A stretch of DNA of 64,000 nt from the human T2T-CHM13v2.0 reference genome, Homo sapiens. Location of the stretch: assembly GCF_009914755.1 (NCBI RefSeq), contig NC_060925.1, one strand, 5' to 3'. Of the stretch, positions 1 through 15,595 are shown piece by piece. A program made the position numbers and the translations under genes. Under the pieces are notes generated by a model. That model ran no database searches. It was given only the letters and a program-made list of their open reading frames with translations, and was not told the DNA's origin. Position 1 is the stretch's first letter, and the number at the start of each line of letters is the position of its first letter.

Positions 1-1351
1 TACACCTCTTTTAGCCCCGCCGTTCGGCAGGTCCCGAGTTCTTGTGCTGCATCCAGGAAGAATGAGGTACACAGACAAGTGGAGGATGAGCAAGATGAAG
101 AGGAGCTTTATTGAGCGATAGAACAGAGGAGACCCTGGGGTGGATAGCTCCTCGCTGCAGCTGGTGGTCTTGTTGTCTCTGGGTCTGGCTGAGTTCGGGG
201 CTTTTTATGGGCCTTAGAGGAGAGGAACTGAGTACCAATTGGTCCATGGGCTACCGTGGATGGGCCCAGAAAAAGCACTACAAGTTCCCACTCTGGTCCC
301 CAGGACTGGCAGCCCGGTCCCCAGGCTTCGGGCCCTCCCTGGCCTGAAGGTGGGGCCTCACCGGGGACCCTCCCCCTTCTACCCAGAAGCCTGTCTGCTT
401 CCTGCCACTGCTCATGGCGCCCAGACTGTTCTGGCCAAGGAGTGCCTGCAGGTCAATGCTGAGCTGCCCTTAGCCCCACCTCGGCCTCCCTCTCATGCTT
501 GTTGGCACCCAAAGTCCGGAGGGGGCCAAGGGGGCAGGGGCCTGGCATGTCAGCGCTGCCCCCAGTGTGCGTATACCCAGCTGGGCTGTAACAGTGCCCG
601 GGTTCCGCTCCAACCTTGCTCTGAGATCAGAGCGGGCACTGGGAGCGGGGAGAAACCGGGCAGTGGGAGAAGATACTTCCGAGCCTGCAGGGGCAGGGGG
701 CGCCTTCCTGGCCCCCTCCACTCCAGAGTGCAGCCATACCTAGGTCTGCAGCCGGGACTTGGGTTGCTGCAGCTATTCCTGCGAGGGCGGGGCTTCTGCC
801 TGCTCCCAACTCCCACCAGCTCTGTGGAGCCTGGCACCGTCCCAGGCCCAAGTCCTCCTCTTGGCCCCTCTCAGCCTGCCCCTCCGTGCCTGACTGTGCT
901 GCTCCTTTGCTGGCGGGTGACTTAGTCTGGCCCCATCGCTGTGATTCCCAGGAGCGGGCCTGGGAACTGGTGCCTACTCCATGTTTTCCCTGCAGCAGCA
1001 GCTGCAGGGGAGGTGCAGGTGGCATGGCCCCTGCCAACCCCGCACAAATGAACCCGACGCTCTGGGGGCTGGCCCCTTGAGTCTTGCCTGCACCTTCGGC
1101 CGGGTACTCGCGGGTTCCCAAGACGCGGCCGGCAGTGAGGTTGAGGCCATGGCAGAGGCTCCGGGCCTGGGAGTGGGTCCTGCCTGCCTGTGTGAGCGTG
1201 GGTGTGACACAATTATCTGCCTCAGGGACGCGGGGCACAAGGGTTCCAGCGCCGCCACTGCTGCTTCCGCTCCTGCTACCACCGCCTGCACCTCCCTGCT
1301 GCAACTGGTGTGATGGCAGCAGCCACTCCGGATGGTCGGCCACTGCCATCA
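1..1351 (-). mobile_element. ERV1 LTR of the MER52 family (probably MER52A), cut off by the window start, lying in the last RRP15 intron
   Basis: A GC/CpG-rich block ends sharply at 1351. The minus strand begins TGATGGCAGTGG, like the MER52 consensus start as I recall it. The minus-strand AATAAA is at 107-112, in the typical context 'gaggagctttattgagcgatagaacag'. Confidence 0.8.
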
Positions 1352-1399
1352 CTAACTCATGTGCATATGTGTAGTCGTATCTTTTGATTAATCAGTTTG

Positions 1400-3100
<1,701 letters not shown>

Positions 3101-4080
3101 AATAACAACTGTTCTGATTTTATGGATGCAATATATTTTAACTCTTTGAGGATGTTGATGATATTTTTCCCTAAATTTTTTTCTCTTGAGATTTTTGTTC
3201 CTACAAGTCGTTTTTTAAATTTTGTGTTTGCATTGTTCTCTTCTTTCTGATAATCCTTAGTTGTGTGTTCATGATTAGAACAAATAGACCAAAAAATTCA
3301 ACTGGAAGCTATGAATATATGGGTGTCATCCACCTTAAATTTCACTGTAGGGTTCTCTGGGTGAATTTATTAGCAACTTGTCAGGTTTTCAATAAAGTAA
3401 CTCTTCCAGTCTCCTACTTAGAAGAAAAAGGTCTGCGTACCAGCATTTTGGGAGCCCAGTGTGAGAAGAGAGCTGGGATTCAATATCTGGTTGCTGTGTG
3501 TGTGTGTAACTTAATCCCATTTTTGGTTCTATACCTATGCTTTCATCTGTGCAAGCCCATTACCTCTTCAGAATTTAAACCTCCAGGTATTATGCCAGGT
3601 TATTGTGGAATGGGATGGGGAAGTAGAGCACTAAATGTTTCTCAAAGCATACCTTTCACCCCAGTGCTTTTTATTTTGGTTCTTCCACTTCAACCCTTAA
3701 CTTCCAGAAGTCCCTGATACATACTGCCAGTTTCTGTTTCTTTTGCAGATTCTGCAGTGTAAATAGGGTTGGTTTTGTCAGTGTGATAGTTGCAGTCTTA
3801 GGATTTAACTTTCCTGGTGTCTTCTGGTCCATCTCCTTCACCTTCAAAATTGTGTTGATATTGTCTTTTCTGATCTTGACCTTCTGAGTTATGTCTTTAA
3901 AACAACAAATCACTTTTCTGTAGTTTTATTGAATATAGCAGTTGAGCAAGACTAGTTGTTTATGTTCAAACTGCCACTTTAGCATGGGCCCTCTGCCTTT
4001 TTTCTTTCTACGTGTGTCTTTAGCAAATGTAGGGATTAGAATTTAAAGAGTCATTCTGCTGCCTTTAAAACAAGGTTTTC

Positions 4081-4368
4081 TTTATTTTTTTGAGACAGAG
4101 TCTTACTCCGTCGCTCAGGCTGGAGTGCAGTGGTGTGATCTCGGCTCACTGCAACCTCCTCCTCCTAAGTGATTCTCCCTCCTTAGCTTCCCCAGTAGCT
4201 GGGATTATAAGCCTGTGCTATCATGCGTAGGCTATTTTTTGTATTTTTAATAGAAGCGGGGTTTCACCATGTTGGCCAGGCTGGTCTGAAACTCCTGACC
4301 TCAAGTGATCTGCCCGCCTCAGCCTCCCAAACTCCTGGGATTACAGGTGTGAGCCACCACGCCTGGCC
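4081..4368 (-). mobile_element. AluS element
   Basis: Antisense dimer ending gcctggcc; TSD aaacaaggttttc on both sides. Confidence 0.95.
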
Positions 4369-4714
4369 TTAAACAAGGTTTTCTTGAGCTGCCATCTTGA
4401 CAGATGCCATCTAACATACCTGTTTTTAAAATGTGTTAACAACACTTGTTTTTATAAATTTTCTATTGTGTCTTTTTTTTCCAAATTGTTGCTTCACAGT
4501 GTAAAAATGCTACTGTAATGATTAGCTTGAATGATGTCCATACTTAAGGCATACAGTGCTGAATTTTACATTAGATTTACAAAATCGAATATTAGATTTT
4601 CTAAAATCTTTCCCTCTCAGCCATAAAGTGTACTTGGTCTTATAGCAGTGAACAAAAACCATCACTAAGAAAAAATGTTTGTTTATGTAAAGCAAATAAA
4701 TAATTATCTTTAAC

Positions 4715-4875
4715 ATGCACCGGAATCACTGACTGGCTTATAAAAACAGATTGCTAGGCCCCATGCCTGGAGTTTCTGATTTAACAGGCCTCGAGATTTT
4801 GAATTGCTAATAACATATTTTCAAGTTATGCAGATAATGCTGCTGGTGTAAAGATCACACTTTAAGAATCACTGA
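4715..4875. mobile_element. MER5-like hAT DNA transposon remnant
   Basis: 'acagattgctaggcccca...gagtttctgatt...cacactttaagaatcactg' resembles MER5A. Confidence 0.6.
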
Positions 4876-5145
4876 TACAGACTATATTGATCCTTGAAAC
4901 CAAGAAACAAAAACATCACCAAAATCCCCCTGTAAAGCTCTTCCTGTTATTCTTTACGTTGGACAATTGAGTAAAACGTTGTACTTAGTCTGTTGTTGCT
5001 CTTCTTGCCTAAAATACATGTTTACAGCAATCATCTTTCAAGACAAGCATGCAATATAGTTGGTGTCACCATTTTAATTAGTGAATTCCTTCCTTTGGTC
5101 TACTATTGTTCCTTTCTTTCTGAAATACACGTTTAAAGTTTTGTG

Positions 5146-5505
<360 letters not shown>

Positions 5506-5864
5506 CTAGGAGAGGAGTAGAGGAGTAGCTCAGTCCAACTAGAGGTTGGTTGTCAGGGTGAGCTCTCTTGTAGAAACACTCTGTGTTGAGTCAGTCACAT
5601 GGGATCAGTGTGCTCTTTCGGTAACGTGTTGATGGCATATTGGGTGTACTTGCCTAACATAGAGGCTTCACACTGAGATTGTACTTGTTCATATGTAAAC
5701 TCAAATATCAAAGGCAGGATAGGTCTTTGCTAGTCAGCAATTTTGATATGGCTATACACTTTTCCGAATTTAATTGAAAGCTTTGAATTCTTACTTTGAC
5801 AGGAGAGGTGTTATAATTGTTGGTTCTAAGTGGATTTTTGTTCACTGTGAACATCAGTTTTTTA

Positions 5865-6201
<337 letters not shown>

Positions 6202-7712
6202 CTAGCTAACAATCTAATAGAAGTAGAATTTCAGTTTTAAGAGTAGGTTTGATATTGTAGAAATAAATGAAAAGTTGTTAATATACTCCAGTTATCTTCC
6301 TACGTTATTGTTCTCCTATCAGTGTGACGTGAGAAGCATTGGAACTGTTTTATGTTGGTTTTTAAATAGCACAGATGTTTTTTATTTATTTCTGTATGTT
6401 GGGTAAATTATAGTAAAAAGTGTGCTGATGTTTGATATACGAAGTCAGTTCTGAAATCTTTGCTTACATTTATATCCCATTCAGTCTTCAAGTTATATTT
6501 AAGCACAAGCTCTGCTTGATATTTTGACCTCAAGAAGACAAGAGTGAGCCAATAGGACAGTTTTCCTATTTGCTTGTAATAGTGGTCAATTTTTTTTTTT
6601 TTAAATGGAATGAATGTTTCAGGGCTATCTTTTTTTAAATAAAGGGAAGCTATAGCAGTTAGGTAAGTAATCTCTTGTAACCCAGCAAATATCTTTAATA
6701 TATATTATATTTTAAACTGTTTTTATGTAGTTAATGACAGCATAATGATAACACTGTTTTCTAACCAAATGTCATGGGTTCTTGTACCTTAGGTTTTTAC
6801 AAAATTTTGTATTTCTGTGATTGACATAAATAGATATGCATAGACTGTTAGCCCCCTGAAAACAGGAACTTCGTTTTGTTCATCACTATGTTTCTAACAT
6901 AGTGCTTGATACACAGCTAATTCTCAATAAATATTTGTGGAAGGAATGAAAAATTTTGAGTGCTGCATCTATTGTATTACTTAATTGATACCACAAGGTG
7001 GTACTGTTGTACCATGAAATGAAAGGCTGTAATTAGTACCACATAAATCCTGTGACTAAATGAAACGAATTGACTACCTATTATGTTTATTGCCTGCTTC
7101 ATTTATTTATAATTTCAACATACGATTAGTCTTTGATTACATGATTGGGTCAGGCAGTGAGCTCATAACCTAAATAAAGAACATTTGGTTCAAATTTTTA
7201 TAAAAACATTAAGTGAGATGGCATCTTAAAAAACCTAGCATAGTACCAATGTAGTTTCTTTTTCCCACTTTTAATTTACTTTGGGTTAAATGCCTTTGTT
7301 AAATTGTCAGTTGCGGTGAAATAATTTGCCCAAAATTTTCTAGTAAATTATCACTGAAGGTTAAATAGTATTGTAAGTCTGTTTTTTGTTGTCAGAAGTG
7401 CTTAAAAAATTAATACCAAACCTAGATTTATATTTTTTCCCTCACTTCAAAAAAATTTTTTTATTTTGCTTTCATGTTTCTTTTATGGAGTCCATACAAT
7501 ATTTTATTAATGTTTAGTTCTTTATTATACATTTGTACATATATAATCATAGTATAATCATAGTGTATAAAGTAAGTCGATTTATAATTTCTCTTGGTTT
7601 TACCCCTATTTTAAAAACTAAGCATTGAAAAGTTTGTTTTGTAGCTTGTACCTTTTTGTTTCCTTATGATGGAATTGACTTTTGAATATTTTGATTCTAT
7701 AATTTTCCTTAG

Positions 7713-7856
7713 ACTGAAGTGAAATCAGAAGAAGGCCCAGGTTGGACGATCCTACGTGATGATTTCATGATGGGAGCATCTATGAAAGACTGGGACAAGG
7801 AAAGTGATGGGCCAGATGACAGCAGACCAGAATCTGCAAGTGACTCTGATACATAA
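7713..7856 (+). CDS. RRP15: Terminal coding exon of ribosomal RNA processing 15 homolog
   Basis: Acceptor 'ttttccttag' (AG at 7711-7712). The phase-0 frame reads [47 protein letters not shown], then TAA at 7854-7856. The W-x-I-L-R-D-D-F-M...K-D-W-D motif is the RRP15 C-terminus, and RRP15 is the known upstream neighbour of TGFB2. Missed by the ORF track. Confidence 0.95.
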   Translation, partial: TEVKSEEGPGWTILRDDFMMGASMKDWDKESDGPDDSRPESASDSDT

Positions 7857-8321
7857 AGCATCATAGGAAATACAATTGCAGTCGTTTTATTTTTTCTAGA
7901 AAAATATGTCATCCTCTGATAGTTGGGGAATTATAAGGATACCATTTGTAAGAAAGCCAAAAGACTTTTGCCAGATTTCATATTTCCCCTTTTCATGTAC
8001 ACTTTATATATACTTCATTAAAATTATATTTTAAACCCTTGTATAATTTTAAGCATTGTTCCTCAGAACATTTGTAAAAGGATATATTTCTGCTTGACCA
8101 GCGAGATGTGCATTTTGCCAGGATCATATTGGTCATGTCTATTGGTGTATTATTTCAGTATCACCAATGTTTTCAGAAATACAGTACTAATTCATCATTA
8201 AACTCTTTGAAGTTAATATTTTTCTGCCTTCTAACTTATAGACTCAACTATGTATCTGTAGTTTTTGGGAATGGTTGGTGTTTTTTGCTTTGTGTTGGGA
8301 AGTTATTGAGAAAACCTATAT

Positions 8322-8327
8322 AATAAA
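8322..8327 (+). terminator. RRP15: Proximal poly(A) signal of RRP15
   Basis: AATAAA about 465 nt after the stop, followed by a U/GU-rich downstream element (8341-8375). Confidence 0.7.
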
Positions 8328-8398
8328 ATTTAAAATTATAGTTTTTCAGATTTTGGGTCGTGATTTTAGTTTTAGGTAATCTGGAAGATATGATTTAA

Positions 8399-8754
<356 letters not shown>

Positions 8755-10261
8755 TTATTTTATTTCCTTTCATTTATTAAATAATATAAATAATGACAGA
8801 TTTATTTTAGGTGTTAGCCTATTTTTGCATGAGAGATTTACAGAGGTGGAAATTCTCATGCTTAACTTATGCAATGAGACAATTTCTCAGGAAGCAAGTT
8901 TGACATGCTTTAGTCTCTCTCTTCTTTTTTTTCCTCCCAAATATTTGAGTTAGCTTAAATTCTTTTTTATGGACTGCCCAACCAGTGAATTGATGCACTT
9001 AGACAACAAGTAATCTGCAGCAGAATATTGCATCCAATTTGAGACTTGATTCCATATTATTGCCTTAAAGGCTATTAAATTGGGTGACTTTTAGTATCCA
9101 GCTGTTAAAAAGAGGAAAGACTGTTTAATATCATTCCAAAATTTTTGTGAAATGTGGCCCAAGATCTAAAGTTTTTAAGGGAATTATTTTTAATAAATAT
9201 GATCTGTCCCTTTTTGAAAAGGATCCATCCCTTTTCATAATAAAAATAATTCCCTCCTACCACCCAGTTGCACATACTTGCATCTGTTATGTATTGAAGG
9301 ATAATCCCCCCCAAAAAAACTATCCAAGAGCAGAGATGTTTATATTTTGAAACCCATTTGAGTGTTACAGTATTATATGACTAAAGCTGAATCAGTCTGT
9401 GGCCTGGTATTTGTTATCATAAAGGAAGATGTACACCTAAGGTATCAAGTGGTTAAAACAGCAAAGTACAAGATGCATTTTTGTATTTATTCTAACTTTT
9501 GAACATTAGTGTCTTTCAGTATAAATAAATGTGAACAAATATACCTCAGTAGTAATACAGGAGAACTAAATATCCTGCTATAACTTAATACAGATACATA
9601 TTTCAATATGACTTAACAAACACACAATTTTGAAAAAAAAAAAAAAAAAGTGCAGCAACTTAAACACATTTTTCTCCCCAGAACTAAGATTACACTTAAT
9701 TTAATTTAATGTGTTTCTGCGTTATACTAGAGTTTTGCAGGAATTTTTCTGAATAGTACATTCACATGATAGATACGGATAAATACCTTATTTACTAAAA
9801 TGTTTTGAAACATATTTTATAGTCCCTCATTTGATTTGAAAAAATTTGACAAGATCTTCACATTGAAAGTAAGGACGAGAATATTTGCAGATTTCCTTCG
9901 TTCCAAAATTATTTTATTCCAAAGAAAAATTGAGTTGCCACTATCAGGAAAAAAAAAATGTATCACTTCTGTTAGAAGGCTATGAAGTATATATAAATTA
10001 TATGACAATTTTTATCATATAGATTTGATATCTTCTATGTATTCGTATTTTTGCATCTTGGGTATTAAGCAAAATACCATATGTATAAATATGAAACCAG
10101 GAATGTGCATATTTTAGAAACTAATTGTGTATCTTAAGTGAATGTTTTGAGTAGTTCTGTCACCCCTATTCTAAATATTTTACCTACAACATTTAAATTA
10201 TTCTGATATCAATCAGATAAATAATCCGAGTGTATTTCATCTTTCTACATTGTCTTTGTGG

Positions 10262-10560
<299 letters not shown>

Positions 10561-12233
10561 TGTCTTTGAATTTTTTAACGAGGGGAAAGAAAACTGCAAT
10601 TCCTGCCTCCCCATTTATTTAAACATAACACCTAGGATTTTATTTTTGGTAACTACTTAGAATAATATAGTAGGTTACTTATCTTCGGTTAGAAAGAACT
10701 ATGGAAAATAGGAACCAATAATTTGGAAGTATTATTTCCTTATTTCATATATAGAAATAATTATCTTATTTCCTTATTTCATATATAGAATATTCTAGAT
10801 ACTTGGATGGCTGGGGTTGATGTTCTTAGTATTTATCATAGTTTAGCATTGGTTGTTATTTTTAAGCATCAGAATTTGAAAGCCAATGATAATACCTGAT
10901 TAGGACTGAAAATAGAATTATCTTAGTAGTTTAGCACTTTTTATAATGGAGTTGGAGCACTGAATTTATTTTCAAATTACCTAGAATTCTGCATTGCTCA
11001 AACATTATTCAATTGATTGCAAAATATACCTTGGAAACCCTTTGGATAGAACAGTTCAGAGGGTTACCACTAGTACTTAGAGCCTAAAGTCACTCAGTAG
11101 GAGGTTCTCAAAGGTCTATTTGAAGGCAATCCAATTTCTTTAAAATAAAATATTTTTTGCCTTTTAAAACAGATGGGTGAAGAAAGGGACGTATAAATTC
11201 TGGGAAACCTCTTATGTTTTCCTCCCATTTCCTTCTATGTCTCCATTAATGTGCTAACTTGAAGGAATTTAACTTCAAGGAAAGTTGACTGATGAAGTTT
11301 ATGTAGAGCTGTGAATATTATAATTTGTCAATACTTTATTGATAATGTTAACTTTGTTTTTATTTGGAAACATTTTTTCCAGTTGACCAAAGCAGAATTC
11401 ATTCTGTTCTTCCCTCAAATTCATCTATTAGGATCAATGTGATTGACATTTATCTCCACTCTGCATGTCACTGATATGGTATAGACGCTATAAGCCCTGT
11501 AGATATTATGGGTATGAAGACTATTTGAGGTGAATTGGCAGTGAGAGCAAATTTTGGAAACAGGAGAGAGAACTACTTCGTGCCTATAAAAAGCTCTCTC
11601 ACTCCTTCCCCAAGAAAACAGGAGTCTGAATTTTGGCCAGCTGGGTATTTGAATCTTACTGACTGTTGCAGCACTGGTAGTCCTGGTAAATTTTTTCAGT
11701 GGGCGAGCTTTTCTGAAATTTGATTAAACATATTAGTCAAGGGAATCTGTGAATAGATTTAGAAGTAGAATGTTTGAGGTGGTTGACAAGACATTTAGAA
11801 TTGTGATTAATGTTTTAATAAAATGCTAAGTTAGAATGAATAATCATAATTATATAGATGGAAGATATATTCTAACAGTTCTTAAATAATTTTAGATTCT
11901 CTAAATTTAGAGTGTTTTCTAGCTTAGAGAGCAATATTAATATTTTTTACCTAGTCTACTGAACATAATTTCAGGGAGTTAGTATTTAGGACTTTTTACC
12001 TAGAGATGCGGTAAACCTTTTAAATTTAAATTTGCTTTCTTAAAATACCTGTTCCAACATTGCTCACCTTTCTTCTCCCTCCTTTTTGCCCTCTCCTTCA
12101 GTGGGAGGAGCACATATTCAGCTTTCTGTTAAACACTCTTTGGTTTTCAACTGAGTAAGGCAAGCAAGGATATATGTTAGAAGAGTGGGCATAATACTTT
12201 ATATTAAAATTATAGGGACTAAAAGTCTAAATC

Positions 12234-12415
12234 ATTGCTGTCAATAGGACTTTTTTTGATGATGGAAATAATTTATGTCTGTGCTGTTCAATATGGTAGC
12301 CACTCGCAGAGGTGACTACTGAGCATTTCACGTGTGGCTTGTGATACAGAGGAACTAAATTTTTAATTTTACTTAATTACTTTAAATTTTAAAAGTTACA
12401 CGTGGCTAGTGGGTC
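12234..12415. mobile_element. MER3 hAT-Charlie DNA transposon
   Basis: 'gctgtcaataggac...gatgatggaaat...gctgttcaatatggtagccact...gaggaactaaatttttaattt...cacgtggctagtgg' matches the MER3 consensus as I recall it. Confidence 0.8.
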
Positions 12416-13734
12416 TATCCCAACTATGAAGAGAATAAAGCTACAGAGCATCTATCTAGTCTAATGAAACAACAGTGAATTTGGGAATTGTAAATCTGTC
12501 TTAAGCTTTTTCCATAAACTTTTATTGATATAATTTAGGCATATACAAATACTGGTGAAATTTTATTGATTGAATTATTGTTGACTTTTTTTTCAGTATT
12601 TATATTTTTAAAAAGATATGTTTCTTTATAATTAACTTGTATTGTAGGGTAACCATTGTCCTTAAATGTTAAGCCACTTAGTTAATAACAAATAGCATTT
12701 GGTTTTTTAGCATTATTTATCATCTGAGGCTTTCAGAATTAATGCACCAAACCTTAAATATTTTTGTTGTTCTCTAAAAGAATGGGTTTATGATGCACCA
12801 AAAGGACATTTTGAGAACTGCCGGAGCAACAGATACCACCATGTAAGGAGTGAATTCCCATGTTTTTCACTTATATCTAGAGGCCTACTTATTTAGGAGG
12901 TTTCCTAAGTAAGTGTATTTAGTTGTAGGACCTTAGAGTTGCCTAGGTCCATTCTATTCTAGCATATACTCAACATACTGCCAGAGCAAATGTAGGTTGC
13001 AGATTCAGGCAAAACACACACACACACACACACAAAACCCTGAAGAGCACAATGAGCATTATTAGCACAGCCAATTTAAAATGATGAGGTGTTAACCACA
13101 TTTGTATAAATAATAGTTTCTCTAACCCTGAATCATTATCCTGCATTTTTAATGCAATCGGTTCATAAACATCAAAGTGAAAACACCAAATTTGTAAGAG
13201 GTCAGGACCAACTGGGGCTCTAAATGGAGAGACAGCTGAGAGCTGTGTCCCTATGCGTGGGTGGCCTTGCAGCTGTTGATTCACCCTCAGGCTACCAGAC
13301 AGTTGCCTCTTTGCATTTGCAGAACCAGACTTCAATCTTAGGTAAAAATGTATCCCTCCCATGGACAGGACATAAACAATAGATTGACATCAGCTCTGAA
13401 AACAGTGCAGCAGCCAGACTCAGCAGTTGCCCTGAAATACTGAGAAGTACCAAGCATAACATCAAGACTGTTTCTACACAATAATATTTGTCTTTGTACA
13501 GCAACACTGGGTTCTCTTAAGTATATTATAAATATAAAAGCTCAAAGTCCAAAAGGTTCAATGTGATGATATCCTTCTCTACAAATGCCAGGAACACCAG
13601 GGTAGATTGCATGAGACATGACTGCCGTATCTTGGTCCTTACTAGGATTCCCAAATATACTCCTTAATAACCAGTAAAGTTATATTTACACTGGACATTT
13701 TAAGAAATACCAGTGTTCGTTGTTAGATGAGAGA

Positions 13735-13930
13735 CAGCATAATTTTGGAATCACAACTGAGTTCAGAGTTCAGTTTTGAGTCCTACTAGTTTTGTTTCCT
13801 TGTGTAAGTTTCTTAACCTTTGTAAGGCTAGCATGTAAATCAGATACAATAATATATAGTTCAGGGTGTAAAGATTGGATTAATGTATGCAGTGTCTATC
13901 TAGCACAGTGCCTGTTATGTAGTAGCGTGT
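13735..13930 (+). mobile_element. MIR SINE
   Basis: Degenerate core 'aagtttcttaacct' and 3' part 'tagcacagtgcctg'. Confidence 0.6.
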
Positions 13931-14721
13931 CAAGAGATGTTCTCTCTTATGCATTTGGAGGATTAGGTGCTGCACCTATAGGTTTCCATTCATTTCTCAT
14001 CTATGTAATTCTGAGTCTTCCTTTTCTAGATAGAATTCCCCCCAACAAAAATTTAAAGTCTAACAGGTGGTAGGTGCTTATTGAGGCCCAGCAATTCTAC
14101 TTCTGGAAACCTTCCTCAGGAAAAGATTCTGATGACAGAAAATGCTGTGTGAACAGTATTATATAGAATTGTTTTTAATAGCAAGAAATTTTTTAAAACT
14201 TACAAGTTCAGTGATATGAGGACATTTACATAAACTATCGAACCACCAGTCTTCTGTCAATTCCTTTTAAAATGATGGTTGTGAAGACTGATGAAAACAC
14301 AGTGTCAATGATATGTTAACTGAAAAAGTAAGATTAAAAACATTATGGATAGTATAAGTTTCTTAAATGCCAACAATGCATGAGGTGAATAGAATAAGAC
14401 TTTTTTTTAAAGAATGTAATTTTTGACAGTCTGAAAAGACAGGCCTTATATTTATATTGAGAAAAATGATCCTGACATTTAATGAGACACTAAAACAGTT
14501 TTTATTTTTTGCTTACTTATTCTGTTCTAGAATCCAAACTCTACATACTGTTTAATAGAGCATTATTGATATTAGCTGTATTAGATGACTGTATGAAGAG
14601 TCCTGTTTGCTAGAATCCTACTTTATCTTTTAAGTTTTGCTAATTACCCTGCAATGAATGTTGAACATAAAAAATTTGACTCCCTTTCCATGTGTCCACT
14701 GTTTCCTTGTGCCTTTTGATT

Positions 14722-14727
14722 AATAAA
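14722..14727 (+). terminator. RRP15: Candidate distal poly(A) signal of RRP15 (long 3'UTR of about 6.9 kb)
   Basis: AATAAA followed by the U-rich tract 'ctgttttcttgattttt'. This agrees with my recollection that the reference RRP15 mRNA has a multi-kb 3'UTR ending near here. Confidence 0.55.
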
Positions 14728-14854
14728 ACTTTATTTTTAAGTGAGAACCTCTGTTTTCTTGATTTTTAAAAAAAGCCATTGCTATTTTGTTTTTAACCAT
14801 CCTATTTTGCATAGTTCTATCACTTATTCAAGTAAAAGTTGGAACAGAACATGT

Positions 14855-15075
14855 AATAATAATAGCAAACATTTAAACAATATTGATTTTATGCCAGACA
14901 ATATTTAAGGGTTTCATAATGCCCCTTAATTCATACCCTTTTCCTTATAACCCTGTTAGGTAGATGTTGTTATTGTCCCCATTATACAGATGAGGAAACA
15001 AGCAGTAAGTTTCAGTAACCTGCCCAAGGCCACACAGATAGTATAGTCCAATCCAGGTTTGAGTTACAGAGCTGC
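14855..15075 (-). mobile_element. MIR SINE
   Basis: Core 'cccattatacagatgaggaaaca...aacctgcccaaggccacacag'. Confidence 0.8.
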
Positions 15076-15240
15076 TATACACAATAGTGATTGCTCACAT
15101 TGTAGATATTAATGTCTTATAGAAAATTAGATTCTAGAAATTGAACTCTTCTCTGGAAAGAAAAATGGGCATTCAGTATTTTGGTCTCATTTAACCATGA
15201 CGTAAACCTATGGCCAATGGAAGGTAGTAGTAGATGCCAT

Positions 15241-15595
15241 GCTCTTTCGGGTCCTCACTTCCAAGGTGACAAAAGGAACAATGATCATGCCAAAAAGGGT
15301 GGCAGCCACATGTGTGCCCAAGGACAGGGCTATTAAGAATTTCTTTATTCAAAACACAGTAGAGGCTGCAGCAAGTGTCTTCAATGCATATGTGCTTCCC
15401 GAGCTGTATGTGAAGCTACATTATTGTGTGAGTTGTGCCATTCACAGCAGGAAGCCTGCAAGAACTGAACATCTCCACTTCTATTTAGACCTGCAGATGC
15501 TGGCACCAAAGCTCATGTAAGGAGCTGAGTCTTTAAGGACTGAAGCAAAACTATCCTCTGGAGAAAAGTAAAATGGAAATAGTACTTAAAAAAAA
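15241..15595 (+). pseudogene. RPS26P17: Processed pseudogene of 40S ribosomal protein S26 (eS26)
   Basis: Intronless. Starts with the TOP-like ctctttc; the native ATG has become GTG; the peptides CVPKDRAIK and [21 protein letters not shown] match RPS26. It has an RPS26-like 3'UTR, an A tail and a degenerate TSD (tagatgcc at 15231 and 15600). The family call is firm; the number P17 is from memory only. Confidence 0.9.

Noticed and set aside
239-1352. Long overlapping ORFs (228 and 241 aa) at the window start
   Set aside because: They lie inside a GC-rich LTR where stop codons are rare, are open on both strands, and show no recognisable domain.
4517-4562. ATGATG...CTGA box C/D-like motifs in the RRP15 intron
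   Set aside because: The spacing is too short, with no terminal stem or recognisable guide sequence.
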